Below, piece by piece: positions 54,596 to 64,000 of a DNA stretch of 64,000 bases. The notes beneath the pieces are model-generated. The model was not told the origin of the DNA. It did no database searches and was given only the letters and a program-made list of their open reading frames with translations. Position numbers and translations under genes: made by a program. The DNA lies in assembly GCA_951406725.2 (NCBI GenBank), contig OX597822.1, positions 71,238,001 through 71,302,000 on the forward strand, given 5' to 3'. This stretch comes from Octopus vulgaris. Lineage: Eukaryota. Numbering within the stretch: the stretch's first letter is position 1; the number at the start of each line of letters is the position of its first letter.

Positions 54596-57229
54596 CGGCA
54601 GCCATTGTTCTGCTAAGCTGTTGCCTGAAAAAGCTTTCGTACAAAAAATTTCAGAAGTCAGGGCACATGAATTGTACTTTTTCTCTCGTTCGTTATTACC
54701 TACACACACCCGCGCGCACCAGAAGGAATTTATTCATAAGGACAATTTCGTTTGTTTTGCGTTTACTCTAGCACACCCGCTAAATATTTTCGCATCTCCT
54801 TGAATCGTTAGGGTTTAAATATTTTACACAGTTCCCAACATCCTGCGAACAGCCAGGCCATCAGGCTTTCGACGATTGCGTGTAGCTTGTAAAGTCACCA
54901 TGTACATCATGATGAACTTTTAATTATTGGCATCTTGGATACTTCAGGCGTAACTACGAGGTCAATTTCTAATAATACCGTTTTCCTGAGTTAATTCTTG
55001 TTCGACCTGCTCATAAGATCAAGCATACATTAAGCAGCAATTTCTCCGGATATTCATTTTAGTTCTGGAGATGATTTTGCTTAATATCATACCATGCATT
55101 GTTTCCAAATGTTTGCTTTGAAGACATAACACATCAGTTCCTACTCAGTGTGCGCATAAAATTACTATCAACATTCTTCAAACGAGTATCTTGGCTTAGA
55201 ATTTAATTGAGAGAGCACGTTAACACGAGGATGAAGTTCCCGGTTCAATCAGATCCACTGCGCGACACTTTGAGCAAGTGTTTTTTACTATAGCTTCGAG
55301 CCGACCAAAGTCTTGGGAGTGGATTTTGTAGACGAAAACCGAAAGAAACATGCCGTATTTGTGGAAACATATCGTATTTGTGGAAACATGTCAAGGTGGC
55401 GAGCTGGCAGAAACGTTAGCATGCCGGGCGAAATGCTTAGCGGTATTTTGTTCTGAGTTCGAATTCCGCCGAGGTCGACTTTGCCTTTTATCCTTTCGGG
55501 GTCGGTTAAATAAGTACCAGTTACGCACTGGGGTCGATATAATCGACTTAATCCGTCTGTCTGTCTCCTCTGTGTGTAGCCCCTTGTGGGTAGTAAAGAA
55601 ATAAGAAACATGTCGTATTTGTGCGCACGTGTATTTGTCCCCCCATCACCACTTGACAACCGGTGTTGGTGAGTTTACATTCGGTCACTTAACAGTTCGG
55701 CAAAAGAGATCGGGGAAATAAGTACCGGGCTTTAAAAAATTAGTAGTGGGGTCGATTCATTCAACTGAAAATTCTTCAAGGCGGTGCCCCAGCATGGCCG
55801 CAGTGGAATGATTGAAACAAGTAAAAGACAGAATGTATGCAATACCAAAATCAAATGTCAGCTGTTTGTCCCTTCTCTGTATTCTCGAAGACGTCACTTT
55901 TGAAAAGTTCTTTGCATGAATTAAGCAAGCAATCAAAAGGTTCTGTGATTAGACCTTATCAGGAAATTCCTACCATGTAAAAGTTAATGGGTTTCATAAT
56001 TTCTAAGGCTTCCTTATCAATTTTTAAATAATTCGATTTAGTAGCGGTTAACCACCTTGATGAATAAAGCACTAAATGGTTTCCTGCGATAAAATTCCTG
56101 GTATTGGGAGCTCACCAAAATCAGTTATTAATGTGACGTCTTGTTAGATTCACAGCAAAATTCTAAAGACGAATACTCTTTAAATTACCGGAAGCCTTTC
56201 CCTGAGAATATAAAAACCAAACGAATTCAACATTTTTTCTTGCTCATAGTTGCAAGTCATTTGGTCACACCACGGTATTTTTGGCAAAAATTGACTGTAA
56301 GAATTAATCAGTCCAAAATAAGTCGTTCTGAGAAAGTGTAAAACAAAAACAAAAGAAACAAACAAAAACAGAAGAAACAAACAAAAACATTTTCTGGATT
56401 CAACGTCATTTTTCTAGAAACACTTTTATTTGAAAGGAGTTATGTGTTTAAAAACTAAGCATTATACCGGATTTAAATATATTATTTCTGCGAAACATTA
56501 TGATCCTTCTAAATGCCCAGCAGTTCTATGGCGTCTCCATCATATTTATAGCCCTCTTGTGAGCTCACAACTCCATCAAGGAGGTGCTGCTGTTCAGGTT
56601 AATAATCACTGAGCTAGATGACAGACCAAACTATTGAGATTTATCCAGAGCAAGCTGTCAAAGTGCAAGTTTTATTGGCTTCATAGCAAGGCTTCTGCCG
56701 AAATTTAAACCGTTTCGTTCAGCTCCCCAAGTTTAGGACCACGACTTAACTATATTAACATAAAAAGCAATACCGTGTACGATAAATTAAGTGTGTCGCT
56801 ATAGACAGTATTAAATCCAACATAAATGTGGTTCAAATAATCAGATCGGCTGGTATGTATCTAAACATGCAGTAGACTTGAAGATAAATTTCTTGACCTT
56901 CTCTCCAGATTGTTTTGCCGAAAGTTCTAGAAGTTTGACTAAATGCTATAAAAAGCTGGGATATTGAACTTCCAGACAGAACAACTTCAAGTGCAACATT
57001 GAGCTCTGTCACTCAGTTTTAGGATAAGGTGTTCCCATTCTTTCTGTTTATCCCGTCCTTAATAATTTTGAACGATTTTCATATAAATTACTAAAATATT
57101 TTATAGTAACTATCATGTTTGCTATTGCATGTATGTTGTTTTATTCAAATAATTGTTGGACATATGTAAATGCAAATGTCCTGGGCAATAAAAATTTGTA
57201 AATATTAATGTAGCCATTCTCGCTTTCAC

Positions 57230-58050
57230 ACAGAGCCTCCCTAATGTTGCGTATTACCAACTGTGATTTAATGACCAAACCTATTTAAACTTCAAAAGGA
57301 TTCCATTTGATTATTTACACCGAGCGTTTCCTTGGAGGGGATGCTATGTGGCACAAGATTTTATGACGTGATTTAGGAGAAATTTGTTGATTTTTCTTTC
57401 ATTTACGACGTGCGTGCCTCCATCAGAATAAATGTAAATTGGTGAAGCAAACAGAAAAGAGTGATGGTCACTGATAACATAATCAACTGTCTATCAGGAC
57501 ATGGGAGTTCGAAGGTATTTCACCGTAAAGGGCATTAATGCCTACATGAACATATTTCACCCAACTAGATCAGCTGTTGTATAAACAAACAGCGGTAGAC
57601 TTAAAAGTAGATTTTCAATCAATATGAAAAAACATCGATTTTCATGTACCCGTGATGGCAATGGTCCAACGAAGTCCATGGATAGCATTCCCCATGGTCT
57701 AGTTCCATAGATTAGTATGTCTTAAGTCGGAGAATTTTGAAGTTTGAGTTCTTCGGCAGCCCTCAGTTATTTAGCAAATCTCTATGAAGGGAAAATAGCA
57801 GGTTACGAATTTTACTATACTGGAAGATCCCAGTGCATCCTATAAAACAGAACTGACTATAGATGACTTCGAGAAGAAAAATATATTTTATGCTAGCGTA
57901 TCCACTGCTTCATTCCTTGAACCTACTCGATATTCTATAACGAATTTATAGTCAGCTAATTCCATTCACCATCGATAGTTCTTAACCTTTTGATCATTTT
58001 CGAGTGTTACCAAAGTAAGAAACTGGAATATTGCATTCAGATCTTTCTAT
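57230..58050 (-). pseudogene. Decayed Gypsy pol fragment (RNase H end plus integrase)
   Basis: RW*MELADYKFVIEYRVGSRNEAVDTLA; TRPWGMLSMDFVGPLPS..NRCFFILIE; LFASPIYIYSDGGTHV; RNase H precedes integrase, the Gypsy order. Confidence 0.7.
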
Positions 58051-58169
58051 AGTCTTACCTTATCATCGAGGTAATTGACTACCTATGCTACATTCTGTCG
58101 CGAGAGTGTCTGTCCGTATGATAAAGGGTATTTTCTGAGAGATCCACCACAAATAGTAATGATTTTACC

Positions 58170-58390
58170 AAGGGACTCCGCATCAAACTGATGCCTCCTC
58201 AGAGATAACACTGTTGACGGCAACTACCTGACGCCTACATTTTAAAATATCATGCAGTCACTCCCCTAATTTTCTAACTATTCTGAAGTCGCACAGTTTG
58301 TGACATATTCCGTGATCAACTTTATTGAAGACCTTTACAAAGCCGAGATGTATTACACCCACACTTAAATGACTGTGCTGTTGATTTAGT
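58170..58390 (-). pseudogene. CR1-group LINE reverse transcriptase fragment
   Basis: VIHLGFVKVFNKVDHGICHKL.. and LHDILKCRRQVVAVNSVISEEASV*CGVP match the consensus YLDFAKAFDKVDH / RxQxVxVNGxxS..SGVPQG. Confidence 0.75.
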
Positions 58391-58599
58391 ACCCAGTCAT
58401 AAGTCTGTAACGGCAGTTGCGTAGCTTCGTGCACTTTTAGAGTGCATGTGGTGCATACAAATTACCGTTGCTTTACTTATCCAAATTCTACAAGTCAAAG
58501 AAACACAAAAACGCAGACGTAAAAAATAGATATACTTTATTGTCTTGTAACGGTGAGAAATAAGTGGTATATCTGATGTCCCTTGGTTCTGGGCGTGCA

Positions 58600-58950
58600 A
58601 GGCTGAAAGTTAATCGCTTGTAAGATTTTACAATGTTCAGCCGCTAAAAACAGAACGGGTCAAAAATGGCGTCCGGAGGAAGAAGATGATGTTGTCTGCA
58701 ACAATTCAGGTTAAAAGTCTTCGGCTAAAAGACTGCTGCTATCAAAACCGGAGAGAGAGCGAATTAAACGTCTGCTTCTATGAAAAGCCTTCCGCTGTCT
58801 GCTGGACGCTAAATGGTCAACGTTTTACGCTCCTTTGCCTCTTTGCTAAGGCTAGCTTTTTCCTAGCCAATCAACTAATTCCACGATAGGAAATTTCCCT
58901 TTTCGGACTTCGTGTATGCGCGAGAGGGCGTTGCGCGTGCGCGCTGTTGT
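58600..58950. promoter_or_regulatory. CpG-enriched promoter-like island
   Basis: YY1-like caaaaatggcgtcc (about 58661), agccaatca CCAAT box (about 58866), NRF1-like tgcgcgtgcgcg (about 58932); no transcript evidence. Confidence 0.35.
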
Positions 58951-59589
58951 ATAGGATCACTACAAGTCTTTAGTAGCTGTGTTGAGTAGCTCCTTCCTAG
59001 TTTTACTGTGTGTCAGTGAGCAAGCCATTTTCTTCTAAGAACAACATCAAGTTCCTTCTGACAATGCTTTCTATGACTTTGCTAACGTGTGATGTCAGAG
59101 AGGAAATTGCGTAAATTTTAGCATCTGCTTTGCTGCCTCAGTTATGGAGATGGTATAGATATTCTCTTTTAACTCTTGAGAAAGTCAGCCGCATACAAGG
59201 CACCTCAGGGAAAGTGTCTTCGGTGGTTGTACCAGAACTTTCTTGCGTGTCTTTAAAGGAATCTCTGGAAAACGATCAGGGTCTGTTGCTGAATTCAAGC
59301 TCAGATCATCAATGGCCAATATCACATCCACCTTAGTGCGGCGAGCTAGCAGAATCATTAGTACGCCGGACAAAATCCTTAGCGGCATTTCATCCGTCTT
59401 TACATTCCGAGTTCAAACACCGCCGTGGTCGACTTTGCCTTTCATCCTTTTGGGGTCGATAGAATAAGTACCATTTGAACACAGGGGTCTATGTAATCGA
59501 CTTAACCGCTCTTCTGAAATTGCTGAACTTGTGCCAAAATTTATAACCAATATTATATTCCTTTTTATGTCGATATAATCGACAGTTGC

Positions 59590-60900
59590 TACATCTTGTG
59601 CAGAGTTACTGTGTTGAGGAAATCACCAGGCTTATTTATTGGCATATTTCCCCACAGGGAAGTGAAAACACTTTGGAATTGTTTATTTGGTGTTTCACTT
59701 ATACTTTGGGGGTTAGAAGTCAGTGGGCTTTTCTTCTCAACTTGTGACCTAATCTTGTTATGCCCCGAAGCGGATTCTTTTGAAAATTTGTAGAATGTCT
59801 GCGTGTTCGTTTTTTTTTCTTTTGGGATGGTTTCTCTTTCTTCTTTCTCATTATCGTGAGAGAATCTGAATTTGTTTATGATTTCTGAAAGTGTTTTATT
59901 AAAGAGGAACTTCTCGCTGCCGTTAAGTTGTTTATTTAGATTATTTGAAATCTTTATTCTTCGTCTCATAAGGACTCGCCTTTCTCTAATGTTAATATTT
60001 TCGTGTGTATTAGGTCTTCTTTCTTTAAGAAGTTTAATGCATATGACTTGCATTGTCGACATAAATTCATTAAGTTTCAAGTCATTGTCTTACATAGAAA
60101 AACTTTGGTGCCAATTTTATTCCGGAATTCTTTTTTGAAGCGATTTCCAATTGGCTTTGTAAAAGTTCATGCTAGATAGGGTTTGAGTGCTTTCTGTGCG
60201 ATGTACACCTGCGGTATGCTTTGTATACATTGTTAGCTTTACTATGGTATGGTCTGAGAACATCCTTACTATCACCTTCTGCACCGATCAGGTTTAGGAT
60301 GAACAAATCAGCTGTGTGGCCCCATTCACTAGCGTAGGTACAGTATATGCCGCCATGGGCGGCCCTTCCGTTTACCGCCCCTGGACCCCACAAAAAACAC
60401 ATATTGCTTACAGCAGACCAAAAAGTGGTGCACCTTTAAAAGTGCCGCCCAGGACGCAACGCCCCCTCCCAGTTACGCTAGTGACCTCATTTCTCCATGC
60501 CAGCAGATACCTTTTACGTGGAACATACAGGTGATTGGGTCCTACTCTTTGTTTTTCTGTTGTCATTGTTTTTGGCCCTGGCACTTTATTTGATTTGATT
60601 TTTGGCTTCATGTCCATCCTATGTCTCTTGTCTTGCATTCTCTGGTTTGTCCTTTGTGACTGTTAGAACTTCACTTTGACCAATTCTTTTTCCTCCACCG
60701 TTACTTTGAGAGGTGGTGTTGAGGCCAGGATTATGTGGGCTTTCTTGGCATCATCCTTAGGCACGACTTTAGTTTCTCCATTATTGTTCTTTGTAGATCC
60801 TGGGAAAACTCTGTGGCCGGTGTTTTTATCAGTACTTGTCTTGTCTCTTCTTGCTGCATCAAGTTATCCAGTGGACTCATATATGGCTTCACACGAACAT
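59590..60900 (-). mobile_element. Decayed CR1-group LINE fragment (endonuclease end and linker before RT)
   Basis: ERRVLMRRRIKISNNL..SHDNEKEERE..NTQTFYKFSK resembles the LINE ORF2 linker; DLF..DV..HELLQSQLE remnants upstream. Confidence 0.6.
60327..60483. mobile_element. hAT-like MITE inserted in the LINE fragment
   Basis: TIRs cactagcgta / tacgctagtg; 8-bp TSD gccccatt / acctcatt (6 of 8 match). Confidence 0.75.
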
Positions 60901-61074
60901 AAGAACAAATAGATTTGTTACTTTTTTTGCTATCTATACCGTTGCTCTGCAGAAGCTATAGCTCTCTTGCATTAAGGTAGTGAGGTGGAGTACTTTAGCA
61001 TATTCCAACGCTGAGAAACAAACGGAATTCTTCGATTTGCCAATTTCTTTTCATCTTGACTATTTTGTTACGAT

Positions 61075-61696
61075 TTCTCCTATAATAATGCCCTAGTCTC
61101 GAGGGGTCGCCAATTTTACGAAGTGTCAGCAATTGTGGCGTAGGTCACCGAATGGCGGATATATAGAGGTACTGGTGGTTGAGCTGGGTTCTGGCTGCGA
61201 ATAAATGATGCACAATACTCATGAACAGTTGACAGAAACTTTAGATGAAAATTATCCAGGTTGGTGTGAATTAATAAAGCAAACAACAAAGTATACACAA
61301 TGGAAAAGACAATTCTGTAGTTGTAACAAAATAGTTGGTTAGTAAATCTGTCATGACTGGAGAAAAATCATGCTAAATCTATGACTGCAAAACTGTAGCT
61401 GCTGTCTGCTCGGTTGAATAAGAAGTCGTTAAAGCAACTATTAAATACTGCAAAATGAGAATGTGGTTTCCGATTGCCAACATTCTGAAATTTATCACCA
61501 AAACTCGTCTATTTATTAGCCTCGTTAGGAGACGTTTTCGAACATCCTAGAAGGTGGAATCACGTGATGGATTAATTCTCATTGGTCAGTTAATCGACCG
61601 ATCACGTGAAATGGTTATGACTAAACCGTGACTTATACTCGGCAATTTAGCGATTCAGTTTCGTATCTGCTACACCCTCGTTGTTGATATCCATCA
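61075..61696 (-). mobile_element. LTR-like repeat followed by a primer-binding-site-like motif
   Basis: Homologous to the 48678 copy; on the minus strand it is followed by aaat-TGGCGACCCctcg, a typical Gypsy PBS start. Confidence 0.55.
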
Positions 61697-62008
61697 GATT
61701 AAAGGATATTTTTCGAGAGGAAAAGAAACTAGCGCGATTAACGATGAAAGTCGACTTGTTGCTAAGATAATAAATTTCTCTAATTGGACTAGATTCGTTG
61801 TTTATAATTAGCAAAATAGATTTACGATGAAAGTTGTTAAGATGACAAATTTGTTGTTCATAATTCGTCCGGTGAGATTTACGAGGAAAGATGAAGGTTG
61901 TTAATTTTTTAAAATAATAAATTTGTCTAATTAAACTTCTCTGGTTGTTTATAATTTCGTCCGAAGAGATTTACGATGAAAAATTTGAAGAGTGATTTGT
62001 TGCTTTTA

Positions 62009-62079
<71 letters not shown>

Positions 62080-63824
62080 TAATAATAATATAAAATAGTT
62101 TTATTTACTTTAAATCTATATCTATATGGAAATTTTAAAAGATATTTCCTTTTACTTTACTTTGTAAATATACTAACATCATGACCACTTAGGTTTGCTA
62201 ATGTTGATCTTAAACATTAATAAACTTTGCTAAATGAGATGGAAAAATTATTAGTAACAAATTTTGGTAGAAGGACAGCAATTTCGTGGGAGGGTATAAG
62301 TCGATAACATCGATCTCCGGTCTCCACTGGTATTTATTTTATCGACACCAAAACTGTATTTTTTATTGGCCCCCGAAAGGATGAAGGCAAAGTTGACCTC
62401 AGTGGAATTTGATCTCAGAACGTAAAAACGGAGGAAATGCCGCTAAAACTGGCACTCCGTCAGTACTGAGGACAAGGGTTCCGGTTGATCTGATCAACAG
62501 AATAGCCTGCTTGTGAAACTGATATGCAAGTGGCTGAGTACTCTACAGACATGTGTACCCTTCACATAGTTCTCATGGAGATTTAGCATGACACAGAAAG
62601 TGACAAGGCTGGTCGTTTGAATGACAGGTAGAAATCACTTTTGCAAGCTGAGTGGACTGGAGCAATGTGAAATAAAGTGTCTTGCTCAAGGACACAGAGA
62701 ACCACCAGAAATTGAACTCATGACTGTATGACCATGAGCTGAATACATTAACGACTTAGCTATGTACCTTTAATATAGACTCAATATCTTTGTGGTACTC
62801 CAGCGTGGCTGCGGTTAAATGACTGAAACAAATGAAAGAATAAAAGAATAATGATTTATTAAGAATATGGCTGTGGAAAAAAATTAAACCAATTTCTTTT
62901 CAGGCATTCACCTTAGTGTGATTGCATTAATACGCTCTGACTCTCACCAATTCTTTTAACGACTTTTTCTTCCTTCCCCAGAATGTCTCAACATTGCTAG
63001 TTGGTGAATGGAAATAAAATCACAGAGGAATTAAGTTACCATAAAATAAGTTACAGAACACAGGAAAAAAAAAGACACAATTTTAGTTTGAAAGAAACAA
63101 AACAAAAAAGACTAGAAACAATTACCGGAAAAAATGTCACATTTCATTTAAATACCATAAATAATAGTTTAATTAATTAAAAAAATAATTTTTTAAACTC
63201 GCTAAATGACAATACATGGCTTCTACACAATGACAACACACACAATATATATATATATAATAGCATTAAATGCTTGCAAAAAGAATCAGATTTTGGATCA
63301 ATATCGTCAATAAAACAATAAAAATCATAAAAAGAAATTTAATTAGTTCATTTATTGAAATTTTCCTGAGATATTTTTTCTGTGACATTTTACTTGCAAT
63401 TTTTTTTTTATTCCTGTGAATTTAATTTTTTTCCTATGGATTCTGTAGCAGATGCACCTATTATGGGATCAATAACGTAACACTAATGATTAACTCTTAA
63501 AATGTTGATAATTAAATGCAGCTAATCCAGTTACATATCGTGAAAGTATTATGACCTTTTTGAAAATATTCCATAATGAGAAAATTGCATACTTTCATTT
63601 TGATGTATCGATATTTTATGTTCCTCCTCCTCCTCTGCTCTTAATATGTGTTAACTCTTTCCAAAGCTCGCATGACACCTGTTATAGAATATTCTCCCTA
63701 CATCTGGGGGAATATTCCATATAATTTTTGGTTCAGTCCTACTGCATGGCACCTCAAGAAAGTATCTTTGCTAATCAAAGCCATGTGAGGATGTGATCGA
63801 CAAAAACAAAAAAGAGCCTGTCAT

Positions 63825-63883
<59 letters not shown>

Positions 63884-64000
63884 ATGGAATAAATGGAGTT
63901 GAACGAAGATTGTACAGAATACCTTTTATTACATTCTACACATGTTTCGAAGGCCACAAATTTCCAAATTCTGTTTAAATAAGGGTACCATATTGCGGCT

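Overview
AT-rich, microsatellite-dense eukaryotic DNA. The SINE families and repeat content are most consistent with an octopus/cephalopod genome (inference). No intact protein-coding gene can be supported; most listed ORFs are translations of (TA)n, (CA)n, (TACA)n or trinucleotide repeats. The window is a mosaic of decayed and nested mobile elements: a piggyBac remnant, two mariners with TIRs, a DD37D maT element, Tc1/hAT MITEs, Helentron-like non-autonomous repeats, RTE, CR1-group and R4/Dong LINE fragments, a Gypsy pol remnant, a solo LTR with TSD, and many copies of at least three tRNA-derived SINE families. The most striking unannotated layer is RNA structure. About a dozen minimal type-I hammerhead ribozyme motifs (at least five sequence families, mostly with palindromic stem III as in Penelope-like retroelements) sit in short, often palindromic inserts in or beside (TA)n or other dinucleotide tracts, including opposite-strand pairs. 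An RTE 3' region carries about 15 tandem H-type pseudoknot modules. A few isolated candidate exons and one promoter-like island are flagged at low confidence.
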